Shown: positions 1 through 10,218 of the stretch, in pieces
Layout: each line of letters opens with the position of its first letter
Position numbering within the stretch: the stretch's first letter is position 1
Sequence record: SRR20825019_986
Length of the DNA stretch: 42,715 nt
Strand: one strand, 5' to 3'
Notes under the pieces: model-generated
The model's input: the letters and a program-made list of their open reading frames with translations, nothing else
What the model was told of the DNA's origin: nothing
The model's database searches: none
Position numbers and translations under genes: made by a program

Positions 1-12
1 CCAATAAATCAA

Positions 13-924
13 CTAAACCGTAATGCTAACCCCTTTTGCTTGGGCATTTTTATCGGTATCAAAGTAAAAATCAATCCTGCCTACATTAATCCCGTAGCAG
101 CCTACTTGGTTCACTAATACCGAGTTCCAGTTTTGGTTGGTGCGTACATCTGGCTTATCCAAAAACGTATGGGTATGTCCGCCAATGATCAAATCCGTAT
201 GGAAGGTCTTTTGTGCTAGCTGAGTATCGCTGGGTTTTTCTGGATATTCGTAATCATAGCCCAAATGCGATAGGCAAACAATCAAATCGCATTGCTCTTT
301 CTCTTTGAGTTGCTTTTCTATGTCCAGGGCAATCTCGTAGGGGTTCAAATACTGGGTTTCTTTGTATAGTTTTTTGGTCACCAATCCGTCCAGTTCAATA
401 CCAAGGCCATATACACCGATTTTAATGCCATCAACCGTATAGATTTTATAAGGTTTCACGTAGCCGTCCATCACCGTGTTGGTAAAATCGTAGTTGGCGT
501 TGATCATTTCAAAAGTGGCATTGGGCATCTGTGCGAGCAGCCCCTCGATACCATTATCAAAATCGTGGTTGCCTATGGTTGCCGCATCATATTTGAGTTT
601 GCTCATCAGCTTAAATTCCAGTTCACCGCCATAAAAATTAAAGTAGGGGGTTCCTTGGAAAATATCGCCGGCATCAAAAAGTAAGGTGTTCGGATTTTCG
701 TTACGGATTTGTTCCACTAAAGTGGCGCGCCTCGCCACCCCGCCCAAATTTGGGTGTCTGGAGTGGGTAGGGGGAAAGGCGTCGATATGGCTGTGCACAT
801 CGTTGGTGTGCAAAATGGTAATCTGTTTTTTGCCCAAATTGGAACATGAGCTTAAACTGAGCCCGCCCAATCCAATTAAAGTGGATGCAGCGGTTGTATT
901 GGTGATAAAGTCCCTTCGTTTCAT
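13..924 (-). CDS. 5'-nucleotidase/UDP-sugar hydrolase, N-terminal metallophosphoesterase subunit (Tat lipoprotein)
   Basis: Motifs LHTNDVHS, DAGD, GNHDFD, LSHLG, GGHTH; N-terminal twin-arginine RRDF and lipobox-like LSSC. Confidence 0.9.
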   Translation of the reverse strand: MKRRDFITNTTAASTLIGLGGLSLSSCSNLGKKQITILHTNDVHSHIDAFPPTHSRHPNLGGVARRATLVEQIRNENPNTLLFDAGDIFQGTPYFNFYGGELEFKLMSKLKYDAATIGNHDFDNGIEGLLAQMPNATFEMINANYDFTNTVMDGYVKPYKIYTVDGIKIGVYGLGIELDGLVTKKLYKETQYLNPYEIALDIEKQLKEKEQCDLIVCLSHLGYDYEYPEKPSDTQLAQKTFHTDLIIGGHTHTFLDKPDVRTNQNWNSVLVNQVGCYGINVGRIDFYFDTDKNAQAKGVSITV

Positions 925-1691
925 TAATCCATTTGTTTTATACGGTCGTCTGCAACCACCTGTAAGGTGTCCACTTTTTTAAAGTAATCTATCATGGCAT
1001 TGCGCAATAGGTAATCCGTTGGTGTTCTCGATACTATTTGGTCAAAAAAGCCAACGCTGGGACCTCCGTTGATCAAATAATCGGAAGAGGCCACGTAGTA
1101 ATTGCGGCTTTCATCAAAAGGTCGACCTTGAATGTTCACAGATTCCAGGGCGCCGTTTTTGTCCGTAACAATCTCGATTCCTGCAACAGGGTGTCTTCGA
1201 GAGGACTTTGCCACAAAATTGATGAGTTCCCGGGTAGCGGAGCCACTGAGTTCCACCACTTCAATATAATTTTCAAAAGGCATTACCTCGTAGGCATTTC
1301 TAGCGCTCACATTGCCCTCGGAGATAATGGAGCGTACACCACCGGCGTTCAATACCACAAAATCCAATGTGTTCCCGGACCTGGAATTGAAGATAGGGGA
1401 GGCCTGTTCAAAAACAATGTCCGCCATTAAGTTCCCCATGGATGAGGTACGTTCCCCATCGTTCAACAACAATGGTTTTGGGGCATAGGCCAAGGTACTG
1501 TCCAGCACCTCGTTGATTCTCTTTCGGTACGGCTCCACAAAGGTTTCAATGGAATCGGTCTGTGCGTAGGTAGAGTCGATGGGAATTTGCTTGCCCTGTA
1601 TTTCCGTTAGTTTTTCGGTATCATTTTTACAGGACATCAAAAAACAAAAAGTTGTAAATACAACAAATTGTTTAAATTTTAGATTGTTCAC
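924..1691 (-). CDS. 5'-nucleotidase C-terminal (substrate-binding) domain lipoprotein
   Basis: Motifs GNLMAD, NAGGVR, VMPFEN, SDYL; lipobox-like LMSC. In-frame GTG at 1691 chosen as start (uncertain). Confidence 0.85.
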   Translation of the reverse strand: MNNLKFKQFVVFTTFCFLMSCKNDTEKLTEIQGKQIPIDSTYAQTDSIETFVEPYRKRINEVLDSTLAYAPKPLLLNDGERTSSMGNLMADIVFEQASPIFNSRSGNTLDFVVLNAGGVRSIISEGNVSARNAYEVMPFENYIEVVELSGSATRELINFVAKSSRRHPVAGIEIVTDKNGALESVNIQGRPFDESRNYYVASSDYLINGGPSVGFFDQIVSRTPTDYLLRNAMIDYFKKVDTLQVVADDRIKQMD

Positions 1692-1727
1692 AGGCGTATC
1701 TTTGTTAAGTCGTCTTGGTAGATTATT

Positions 1728-1735
1728 TACCTTTG
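1728..1735 (+). promoter_or_regulatory. Bacteroidetes sigma70 -7 element (TACCTTTG)
   Basis: Matches TAnnTTTG, 18 bp before ATG at 1753. Confidence 0.55.
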
Positions 1736-1752
1736 TAAAAATCATCAAAAAT

Positions 1753-2286
1753 ATGTTTTTGAAAGGACTCCAGGACAAATTTAAGGTTAAATCGGGGCAG
1801 AAATATTTAAGGGAAGAACTGGAAAGGTCTCCCAAGACTGTTGCCAGGGATAAGGGGATTACCAGTGTGGGCTGTATTGTCGATGTTGATAATTTTCAGA
1901 AAGCAGAGGCCTTTTACGAACTTATTGAAGAATTTTCGCTGAGACCGAATGCCATAAAAATCATCGGATATAAGCGAGAGTTCGATAAAAATTCCCCTTA
2001 CGCCATCCAAATGTTCTCGGATAAGGACCTTGGATGGAAGGGACAGATAGAAAACAGTTACGTTCTGGAATTTTTGAGCAGGGAGTACGATATGTTGATC
2101 AATTATTATGAAGATGATAACTTAATGATGAAGTTGTTATCGGTAAAAACTCCTGCCCGTCTCAAAGTTGGCTTGGCCGCCCAAGACCCCAATATCAACG
2201 ATTTGATCTTAAATACACCCTTGAGCGACTTTAAGTTGTTCAAAAGCGAACTGAAAAAATATTTAAAGGTCTTAAAAGAAATTTGA
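1753..2286 (+). CDS. Conserved Bacteroidetes hypothetical protein (DUF6913-like)
   Basis: ORF from ATG 1753; YDMLINYY and ARLKVG segments; directly upstream of dapA. Confidence 0.65.
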   Translation: MFLKGLQDKFKVKSGQKYLREELERSPKTVARDKGITSVGCIVDVDNFQKAEAFYELIEEFSLRPNAIKIIGYKREFDKNSPYAIQMFSDKDLGWKGQIENSYVLEFLSREYDMLINYYEDDNLMMKLLSVKTPARLKVGLAAQDPNINDLILNTPLSDFKLFKSELKKYLKVLKEI

Positions 2287-2290
2287 AGTG

Positions 2291-3181
2291 ATGGAACAAT
2301 TAATCGGAACAGGAGTGGCTTTGATAACCCCGTTCAGAGAAGATTTATCGGTGGATGTAGAAGCCTTGGAAAGAGTGGTGGAGCATAACATTCAAGGAGG
2401 TGTGGATTATTTGGTGGTGTTGGGAACAACGGCCGAATCCGCAACCCTTTCGCAAGCTGAGAAACAGTTGGTGGTAGATGTAGTGGTGCGTGCCAATGCA
2501 GGGAGACTCCCGTTGGTCCTTGGTGTGGGGGGCAACAATACCATGGCGGTGGTACATGAGCTAAAAACATTGGATTTATCGGATTTCGATGCGATACTTT
2601 CCGTATCTCCTTATTATAATAAGCCAACACAGGAGGGCATATACCAACATTTTAAACTTATTTCAGAAGCGTCGCCCATTCCAATCGTACTTTACAATGT
2701 GCCTTCAAGAACGGGCAGCAATATGTTGGCGGCGACCACGTTGAGGTTGGCGCACGACTTTACCAATATTGTTGCAATCAAAGAAGCTTGCGGCGATGCC
2801 GTTCAAATTGATAAAATCATTAAAGATAAACCGGAAGGTTTTTTGGTCATCTCTGGTGACGATTCAACGGCTTTGGCCACGGTGTTGTCAGGTGGGGCAG
2901 GGGTTATCTCGGTTTTGGGCCAAGGATTACCATCTCTTTTTTCCGATATGATAAAACTTGGTTTGGAAGGCAACGTAAAGGAAGCATACGCTATCCACCA
3001 CAAATTATCCCCCTTAATGTCCCAAATTTTTGAAGAAGGGAACCCGGCTGGTATAAAAAGTATTTTTGAAAAAAAAGGGATTACACGTGCTACCGTGCGA
3101 TTGCCATTAGTGGAAGCGACATCGGTTTTAAAGGATAAAATCGTAGCCTCTTTGGGTCAGTTGGACAAGGCCCATGTTTAA
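2291..3181 (+). CDS. dapA: 4-hydroxy-tetrahydrodipicolinate synthase
   Basis: [25 protein letters not shown] (Schiff-base Lys), SGDD. Confidence 0.96.
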   Translation: MEQLIGTGVALITPFREDLSVDVEALERVVEHNIQGGVDYLVVLGTTAESATLSQAEKQLVVDVVVRANAGRLPLVLGVGGNNTMAVVHELKTLDLSDFDAILSVSPYYNKPTQEGIYQHFKLISEASPIPIVLYNVPSRTGSNMLAATTLRLAHDFTNIVAIKEACGDAVQIDKIIKDKPEGFLVISGDDSTALATVLSGGAGVISVLGQGLPSLFSDMIKLGLEGNVKEAYAIHHKLSPLMSQIFEEGNPAGIKSIFEKKGITRATVRLPLVEATSVLKDKIVASLGQLDKAHV

Positions 3182-3276
3182 AATTCGTTAAATGTTGCCC
3201 AAATGATTGGGGATTGCCCATGCTACCTTTTACATTTGAGTGGTAAAAAATCTTTTTTATATCCATTCAATATCAC

Positions 3277-3284
3277 TAATTTTG
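3277..3284 (+). promoter_or_regulatory. Bacteroidetes -7 element (TAATTTTG)
   Basis: TAnnTTTG match just upstream of bamD. Confidence 0.55.
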
Positions 3285-3300
3285 CAAAATGTTTTTGAAA

Positions 3301-4125
3301 ATGAGGTCAATACTCCTTTTTTGTTGTGCAGCAGTACTTCTCGTATCCTGTAGTGAGTATCAAAAGGTACTTAAGGAAACCGATGTGAAGGCCAAATATG
3401 ATATGGCCGAAAAGCTGTATGAGGAAGGCGATTATAAAAGAGCGGTTCGTTTGTTCGAGCAGATTGCGCCCCAATATGTTGGAAAGCCACAGGGGGAACG
3501 CGTGATGTTCTTCTTTGCCGATAGCTACTTCAAAAATGAGGAATATTACTTGGCCGGTTATCAGTTTGAGCGATTTATCAAGTCCTACCCACGTAGCGAC
3601 AAGATTCAAGAAGCCAGTTTTTTGGGAGCAAAAAGTTATTATATGCTTTCCCCGAGGTACTCTTTAGATCAAACAGAAACAGACAAGGCGCTTTTGAAAT
3701 TACAGACCTTTATCAATAATTATTCTGAGTCTGAGTTTTTTGAGGAAGCCAATACAATGGCCAGGGAGTTGACCGCCAAAAAGGAGAAGAAGGAAATAGA
3801 GATAGCAAAGCAATTCAACAAGTTGGGAGAATTCAATTTGCCGGTTTTGATTTCTGCAATCACTGCTTTTGATAATTTCATTACAGACAATCCAGGTTCG
3901 ATCTATCGTGAAGAAGCCATGTTTTATAGAATAGAATCGGCCACGAGATTAGCCCTGAACAGTACATTGGACAAAAAACAAGAGCGATTGGAAGATGCCC
4001 TTGAATCGTACAATACGTTGATGCGTTATTTCCCCGAAACGGAATTCAAGAAAAAGGCTGACGACTATGCCGAAACAATCCGTGAGGAGTTGAGTGCATA
4101 CGACACTGCTTCTTTATCAAAATAA
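3301..4125 (+). CDS. bamD: Outer membrane protein assembly factor BamD (lipoprotein)
   Basis: Lipobox LVSC; TPR-like repeats; FERFIKSYPRS and SLDQTET. Start may be 3289. Confidence 0.9.
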   Translation: MRSILLFCCAAVLLVSCSEYQKVLKETDVKAKYDMAEKLYEEGDYKRAVRLFEQIAPQYVGKPQGERVMFFFADSYFKNEEYYLAGYQFERFIKSYPRSDKIQEASFLGAKSYYMLSPRYSLDQTETDKALLKLQTFINNYSESEFFEEANTMARELTAKKEKKEIEIAKQFNKLGEFNLPVLISAITAFDNFITDNPGSIYREEAMFYRIESATRLALNSTLDKKQERLEDALESYNTLMRYFPETEFKKKADDYAETIREELSAYDTASLSK

Positions 4126-4150
4126 AAAATTAGCTTTTAAACCATTGCAC

Positions 4151-4477
4151 ATGCAAGATTTGAAAAACACCAAGGCCCCGGTTTCCACAAAAACTCTTAA
4201 TAGAAACGAGTTTGACGAAAAAACCGAAAATATTTACGAAGCTATCTCCATAGCTTCCAAAAGAGCTATCCAAATCAATTCTGAGATCAAAAAGGAATTG
4301 TTGGAAAAGCTAGAAGAATTTGCTACCTATAGCGATAGTTTGGAGGAAGTTTTTGAAAACAAAGAACAGATAGAGGTTTCCAAATTCTACGAAAAATTGC
4401 CAAAACCACATGCTTTGGCGGTACAAGAGTGGTTGGAAGATAAAATCTACTACAGGAATACAGAGAAAGACGCATAA
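4151..4477 (+). CDS. rpoZ: RNA polymerase omega subunit (Bacteroidetes type)
   Basis: NIYEAISIASKRAIQIN, EQIEVSKFYEKLPKP; position between bamD and coaBC. Confidence 0.88.
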   Translation: MQDLKNTKAPVSTKTLNRNEFDEKTENIYEAISIASKRAIQINSEIKKELLEKLEEFATYSDSLEEVFENKEQIEVSKFYEKLPKPHALAVQEWLEDKIYYRNTEKDA

Positions 4478-4480
4478 GAA

Positions 4481-5686
4481 ATGCTCAGCGGTAAAAATAT
4501 TCTTTTGGGAGTTTCCGGGGGAATTGCCGCCTACAAGACTACATTTCTTGTTCGTTTACTGATTAAAGCTGGCGCCCAGGTCAAAGTTGTGATGACCCAG
4601 AGCGCCAGCTCTTTTGTTTCTCCACTTACACTTTCCACACTTTCCAAAAATCCAGTGTTGATGGATTTTATCAACGAGGAAGATGGAAGCCTGTCTTGGA
4701 ACAACCATGTTGAGCTCGGACTTTGGGCCGATGTAATGCTGATTGCGCCAGCCACTGCGAATACCTTGTCAAAGATGGCCAATGGAACCTGCGACAATCT
4801 GCTTTTGGCCACCTATTTATCGGCAAAGTGCCCAGTTTATTTTGCACCCGCCATGGATTTGGATATGTACAAGCACCCATCCACCAAAAATTCTTTGGAT
4901 AAGTTGGAGTCTTTTGGCAATACCCTAATTCCTGCTGAATCGGGAGAGCTGGCAAGCGGATTGCATGGCGAGGGACGTATGGCAGAGCCTGAGAACATCG
5001 TAGCCTTCATGCAAGAAGATTTGGCCAAAGGACTGCCATTATCAGAAAAAAAAGTGCTCATTACCGCAGGGCCCACACAAGAGGCCATCGACCCCGTTCG
5101 TTTTTTGGGAAACCGTTCCACGGGTACCATGGGGTTTGAGCTGGCCAAAAAGGCTGCAAACCTTGGTGCAAATGTAATTTTGGTCTCAGGCCCTACACAT
5201 TTGAACATCGAACATTATAATATTCAACTCATTCGAGTGACGTCCGCACAGGAAATGTACGAAGCCTGCCATGAACATTACCCGGATACCGATATCGCAA
5301 TATGTGCTGCTGCGGTAGCAGATTATCGTCCTAAAATAATAGCTTCTGAAAAAGTGAAGAAGCAAGAGGGGGATATGGAAATCGAATTGGAACGAACCCC
5401 TGATATTTTAATGTCACTTGGCGAGGCCAAAAAGAGTCAGTTCTTGGTGGGATTTGCCTTGGAGACCCAAAATGAACTGGAGAACGCCAAAGGCAAGCTC
5501 AAACGAAAACACTTGGACGGCATTGTTCTTAATTCTCTTAAAGATGACGGCGCTGGGTTTGGCGGAAGCACAAATAAAATTACTTTCATAGATAAGAATT
5601 CGGAGATAAAAACGTTTGACTTGAAGACGAAGCCCGAGGTGGCTTCCGATATTTGGAAAGAAATCATCTCCAGAATCCATGCGTAA
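4481..5686 (+). CDS. coaBC: Phosphopantothenoylcysteine decarboxylase/ligase
   Basis: GGIAAYK, APATAN, PAMD, ITAGPT, AAAVADY, VGFALET. Confidence 0.96.
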   Translation: MLSGKNILLGVSGGIAAYKTTFLVRLLIKAGAQVKVVMTQSASSFVSPLTLSTLSKNPVLMDFINEEDGSLSWNNHVELGLWADVMLIAPATANTLSKMANGTCDNLLLATYLSAKCPVYFAPAMDLDMYKHPSTKNSLDKLESFGNTLIPAESGELASGLHGEGRMAEPENIVAFMQEDLAKGLPLSEKKVLITAGPTQEAIDPVRFLGNRSTGTMGFELAKKAANLGANVILVSGPTHLNIEHYNIQLIRVTSAQEMYEACHEHYPDTDIAICAAAVADYRPKIIASEKVKKQEGDMEIELERTPDILMSLGEAKKSQFLVGFALETQNELENAKGKLKRKHLDGIVLNSLKDDGAGFGGSTNKITFIDKNSEIKTFDLKTKPEVASDIWKEIISRIHA

Positions 5687-6569
5687 CATAGTTTTTTCTG
5701 TTTTCTTATTGTTGGTGACCATCGGAACTTCTGCACAAGAGCTGAGTTGCTCCGTAACCGTTAACTCGGACCAAGTGGGGCAGACCAATCAACAGATTTT
5801 TAGGACTTTGGAGCGTTCGCTGAACGATTTCGTGAACAAGACGAAATGGACCAACAGGACTTATCGTGAAAATGAGCGAGTCAATGCACGGATGTTCATT
5901 ACGGTAACCCAGTACGAATCGGACCGTTTTGAAGCCAATATTCAGATACAATCCACGCGACCGGTTTTTAATACTACGTACGAAAGTCCGGTATTCAACT
6001 ATAAGGACAATTCGTTTAACTTTCAATATCAGGAGTTCCAGCCTTTGGTCTACAACCCAAACAATTTTGATTCCAATTTGGTAGGGGTGATTTCCTACTA
6101 CGTCTACATTATGTTGGGATTGGATGCCGATACATTTTCATTGGAAGGAGGCAACGATTTTTACCGTCAGGCCCAGAATATTGTCACCCAGGCCCAAAGT
6201 TCCGGTTACGCCGGCTGGAGCCAAGAAACGGGAGACCGAAGCCGTTTTGAATTGGTTGATAACTTATTGAGCAACTCGTTCAGGGAATACAGGATTGCCA
6301 TGTACAACTACCATAGAAAAGGGCTCGATATATTGGCAGACAACAATAGCACGGGCAAGCAAATTATTGCGGGAAGCCTTCGTTTGTTCGAAACACTCAT
6401 TAGTCGCAGGCCCAATGCTTTCCTGATTCAGACCTTTTTCGATGCCAAGTCTGAAGAAATCCAGAATATCTTCTCTGACGGCCCCAAGGTGGACATTGTA
6501 AAACTCAAGGAAACCTTAAACAAAGTGGCTCCATTTTATTCCAGCACATGGAATGAAATAAATTACTAG
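5679..6569 (+). CDS. DUF4835 family secreted protein (annotated in some databases as T9SS-associated PorD)
   Basis: Signal peptide ending SA-QEL; YHRKGLD and FFDAKSEE motifs; location between coaBC and recN. Confidence 0.75.
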   Translation: MRNIVFSVFLLLVTIGTSAQELSCSVTVNSDQVGQTNQQIFRTLERSLNDFVNKTKWTNRTYRENERVNARMFITVTQYESDRFEANIQIQSTRPVFNTTYESPVFNYKDNSFNFQYQEFQPLVYNPNNFDSNLVGVISYYVYIMLGLDADTFSLEGGNDFYRQAQNIVTQAQSSGYAGWSQETGDRSRFELVDNLLSNSFREYRIAMYNYHRKGLDILADNNSTGKQIIAGSLRLFETLISRRPNAFLIQTFFDAKSEEIQNIFSDGPKVDIVKLKETLNKVAPFYSSTWNEINY

Positions 6570-6615
6570 TGCAGTTCTCCAAAGAAATTTATCTTTACGG
6601 GTAAATTCTTCAATA

Positions 6616-8268
6616 TTGCTAGCAAATCTATCCATCCAAAATTATGCACTCATTGATGACGTAAGTGTGTCTTTTTCCAACGGATTCACTACCATAACGG
6701 GTGAAACCGGCGCTGGAAAATCCATACTATTGGGCGGACTTTCCATGGTTTTGGGAAAACGAGCCGATTTATCGTCGTTAAAAAACACAGCACAAAAATG
6801 TGTGATAGAGGCCGAGTTCGATGTTTCCAAATATCAGCTCCAGCCCTTTTTTGAAGAAAACGAACTGGATTACGAGGACACTACTATTTTGCGGAGGGAA
6901 ATTTTGCCAAGTGGTAAATCGAGGGCATTTGTAAACGATTCCCCTGTTACTTTGGATGTAATGCGTGCCTTGGGCGACCAATTGGTGGATGTGCACTCGC
7001 AACATCAGACCATGCAGCTCACCGACAACGATTTTCAGATGAAAGTGTTGGATGCATTGGCCGATAACTCGGAGAATCTTACGGAATATACGGAGGAGCT
7101 TGAAAAGCTGCGGACAGCGTCCAAAGAGCTTCAAAAGTTGGAAGATTTCCAGGCTGATGCAGATAAAGAACACGATTACAATAGTTTTTTGTTGAAGGAA
7201 CTGGAAGATGCCAAGCTCAAGGAAGGCATGCAGGAAGAACTCGAAGAAGAGTATGAGCAATTGAGCAACGTCGAGCAGATTATGGAACAGTTGTCCGCCG
7301 GGCATCAGTTGTTGAATGACGAGCAATTGGGTATTGTAGGCCGACTTACTGATTTAAAACGCGCATTCCAGGGCTTGACTGATTTCGGGGCTGACTATAA
7401 ATCTTTGTACGATAGAATCCAATCAGTTTTGATTGAAACCGATGATATTGCATCCGAACTGGAGCAAATGCAGGAAGGTGTGGAGGCTGATCCTGAACGT
7501 TTGGAAGTGGTCAATGGGAAATTACAGCAACTCTACGACCTTCAAAAAAAACACCATACGGATTCCGTTACGGATTTAATCGCCATTCGAGAGGAATTGG
7601 CGCAAAAGGTAGATGCGGTTGCCAATATTGAATCCAAAATCAAAGAAAAACAACAGGAGGTTGACACTATCACCAAAAAGGTAGACTCTTGGGCCAAAAA
7701 AATAAGTGAGGGCAGAAAGGCTGTCATCCCCAAATTGAATGAAAGACTTCAAGCCAACCTATCATCTTTGGGAATGTCGGCAGCGACATTTAATATAGAG
7801 GTAAGTCCATCTAAATCATTCAAGACCAACGGTAAAGATGATTTGGTGTTCTTGTTTTCGGCAAACAAGGGCTCCAATTACGGAGAACTTAAAAAAGTGG
7901 CATCTGGAGGTGAACTTTCCCGAATTATGCTCACAATTAAATCCATTTTGGCGGAATATGAAAACCTGCCGACCATGATGTTCGATGAAATAGACACCGG
8001 GGTTTCCGGTGAAATATCCAACCGCATGGGCGAAATCATGCAACAGATGAGCAGTACCATGCAGGTGTTTTCCATTACGCATTTGCCGCAGGTGGCCTCA
8101 AAAGGAAAGTATCAGTTCAAAGTTTATAAGGAAGAGGGAGCGGAAGGCACGAGTACGCACATTAAACAATTGACTACTGACGAACGTGTGAGGGAGTTAG
8201 CGGAAATGTTGGGCGGCAAGTCATTGTCAGAATCCGCTTTGGCGCATGCCAGGGAGCTGTTACAATAA
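6616..8268 (+). CDS. recN: DNA repair protein RecN
   Basis: Walker A GETGAGKS, coiled coil, SGGE signature, FDEIDTG, ITHLPQVA. Confidence 0.96.
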   Translation: MLANLSIQNYALIDDVSVSFSNGFTTITGETGAGKSILLGGLSMVLGKRADLSSLKNTAQKCVIEAEFDVSKYQLQPFFEENELDYEDTTILRREILPSGKSRAFVNDSPVTLDVMRALGDQLVDVHSQHQTMQLTDNDFQMKVLDALADNSENLTEYTEELEKLRTASKELQKLEDFQADADKEHDYNSFLLKELEDAKLKEGMQEELEEEYEQLSNVEQIMEQLSAGHQLLNDEQLGIVGRLTDLKRAFQGLTDFGADYKSLYDRIQSVLIETDDIASELEQMQEGVEADPERLEVVNGKLQQLYDLQKKHHTDSVTDLIAIREELAQKVDAVANIESKIKEKQQEVDTITKKVDSWAKKISEGRKAVIPKLNERLQANLSSLGMSAATFNIEVSPSKSFKTNGKDDLVFLFSANKGSNYGELKKVASGGELSRIMLTIKSILAEYENLPTMMFDEIDTGVSGEISNRMGEIMQQMSSTMQVFSITHLPQVASKGKYQFKVYKEEGAEGTSTHIKQLTTDERVRELAEMLGGKSLSESALAHARELLQ

Positions 8269-8306
8269 AACCACAAAGCTGCTTCCCAAACTTCAAATAG
8301 TTTAAA

Positions 8307-8314
8307 TATCTTTG
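8307..8314 (+). promoter_or_regulatory. Bacteroidetes -7 element (TATCTTTG)
   Basis: TAnnTTTG match upstream of fabI. Confidence 0.55.
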
Positions 8315-8341
8315 TGACACAATCAACAATAGCAATAAACT

Positions 8342-9154
8342 ATGGCATACAATCTTTTAAAAGGTAAAAAAGGAATCATTTTTGGTGCATTGGACCCAAA
8401 CTCCATTGCTTGGAAAACTGCTGAACGCGTTCACCAAGAAGGTGGCGAGTTTGTTCTGACGAACGCACCCATCGCCATGCGAATGGGTCAAATCAATGAA
8501 CTGGCGGAAAAGACCAATTCAGAAATTATTCCCGCAGATGCCACTAACGAGGAGGACTTGAAAAACTTGGTGGAGAAATCCATGGAGATTTTGGGAGGAA
8601 AACTGGATTTTGTGCTCCATTCCATCGGAATGTCCGTAAACGTTAGAAAAGGAAGACATTACACGGATGAAAACTATAGCTTTACGGAAAAAGGCTGGGA
8701 CGTATCGGCATTATCTTTCCATAAAGTTATGCAGTCCCTATACAAAGCAGAAGCGATGAACCAATGGGGAAGTATAGTCGCCTTGACCTATATGGCAGCA
8801 CAAAGAACATTTCCGGATTATAATGATATGGCGGACAACAAGGCCTATTTGGAGTCCGTGGCAAGAAGCTTTGGTTATTTCTTTGGAAAAGAACACAAGG
8901 TAAGAGTGAACACAATTTCCCAATCTCCGACCCCGACCACTGCCGGGCAAGGTGTTAAAGGGTTTGATGGATTCATCAACTACGCGGAAAAAATGTCGCC
9001 ATTGGGCAACGCCACCGCAGATGATTGCGCCAACTATACGGTATCACTTTTCTCCGATTTGACCAAAAAAGTGACCATGCAGAACTTGTTCCACGATGGT
9101 GGTTTCTCCAATACCGGGGTAAGTCAAGAAGTAATCGATGAGTTTTCGAAATAA
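8342..9154 (+). CDS. fabI: Enoyl-ACP reductase
   Basis: NSIAW, DFVLHSIG, YNDMADNK, FHDGG. Confidence 0.92.
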   Translation: MAYNLLKGKKGIIFGALDPNSIAWKTAERVHQEGGEFVLTNAPIAMRMGQINELAEKTNSEIIPADATNEEDLKNLVEKSMEILGGKLDFVLHSIGMSVNVRKGRHYTDENYSFTEKGWDVSALSFHKVMQSLYKAEAMNQWGSIVALTYMAAQRTFPDYNDMADNKAYLESVARSFGYFFGKEHKVRVNTISQSPTPTTAGQGVKGFDGFINYAEKMSPLGNATADDCANYTVSLFSDLTKKVTMQNLFHDGGFSNTGVSQEVIDEFSK

Positions 9155-9174
9155 ACCTTAAAAAAATATATGGG

Positions 9175-9200
9175 AAGCCACTCTTTTTAGGGTGGCTTTT
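9175..9200 (+). terminator. Rho-independent terminator after fabI
   Basis: AAGCCACTC...GGGTGGCTT hairpin followed by a T tract. Confidence 0.6.
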
Positions 9201-9209
9201 CTGTTTGAG

Positions 9210-10217
9210 ATGAATACATTTTTTTCCATAGTGGTACCGGTGTACAACCGGCCCGAAGAAATTAGGGAACTTCTGGAAAGTCTTCAAGAACAAGACTTCC
9301 AGAAAGATTTTGAGGTGGTTATTGTTGAGGACGGGTCTTCACAAAGTTCGGAAGAAGTGGTAAACAGGTTTCAGGGCAAGTTGAACATTTCCTACTACTT
9401 CAAGGAAAACTCAGGCCCGGGGGATTCCAGAAATTTTGGAATGCAACACGCCAAAGGAAATTATTTCATCATTCTGGATTCGGACTGCATCCTCCCTAAG
9501 CAATATTTGTCCGAAGTGGACAAGGAGCTAACAAGGGAGTTTGTACACTGTTTTGGAGGGCCGGATGCTGCGGACGATTCTTTCACCACCATTCAGAAAG
9601 CCATCAATTATGTAATGACATCTTTTTTGACCACCGGAGGTATCCGCGGAGGAAAAAAGGGCGTAGGTAAATTTCAGCCCCGTAGTTTTAATATGGGGAT
9701 ATCCAAAGAAGCATTTGAAAAGGCGGGAGGTTTCGGCCGAATACATCCTGGGGAAGATCCGGACCTGACTTTTCGCATATGGAAAGCGGGTTTTGAAACT
9801 AGATTGTTCCCCGAGGCATTTGTGTACCATAAAAGACGTATCGATTGGAACAAGTTTTATATTCAAGTCAATAAATTTGGGATGGTCCGCCCCATACTCA
9901 ACAAGTGGCACCCTGGAACGGCGAAGCCGACATACTGGTTTCCGACTTTATTCATGTTGGGTCTCATAGTAGCCCTTGCCTTGTTTTTTGTAGGGCTAGG
10001 ACTGCCCTTGATGCTCTATGCGTTCTATTTTTTGGTACTATTTTTGGACGCCTTAATAAAGAGTAAAAGCCTCATTGTCGCCTTGTTGTCCATTTTTGCC
10101 CTTATGATTCAGTTTACGGGATATGGAATAGGTTTTTTCAAGTCCACAATGTTGCTTAACTTTAGTAATAAGAAGCCAGAGGAGTTGTTTCCAAAACTAT
10201 TTTTCAAGAAGAAGTAA
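9210..10217 (+). CDS. Family 2 glycosyltransferase with C-terminal TM helices
   Basis: SIVVPVYN, EDGS, SRNFG, LDSD, GEDPD; hydrophobic C-terminus. Confidence 0.9.
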   Translation: MNTFFSIVVPVYNRPEEIRELLESLQEQDFQKDFEVVIVEDGSSQSSEEVVNRFQGKLNISYYFKENSGPGDSRNFGMQHAKGNYFIILDSDCILPKQYLSEVDKELTREFVHCFGGPDAADDSFTTIQKAINYVMTSFLTTGGIRGGKKGVGKFQPRSFNMGISKEAFEKAGGFGRIHPGEDPDLTFRIWKAGFETRLFPEAFVYHKRRIDWNKFYIQVNKFGMVRPILNKWHPGTAKPTYWFPTLFMLGLIVALALFFVGLGLPLMLYAFYFLVLFLDALIKSKSLIVALLSIFALMIQFTGYGIGFFKSTMLLNFSNKKPEELFPKLFFKKK

Positions 10218-10218
10218 A

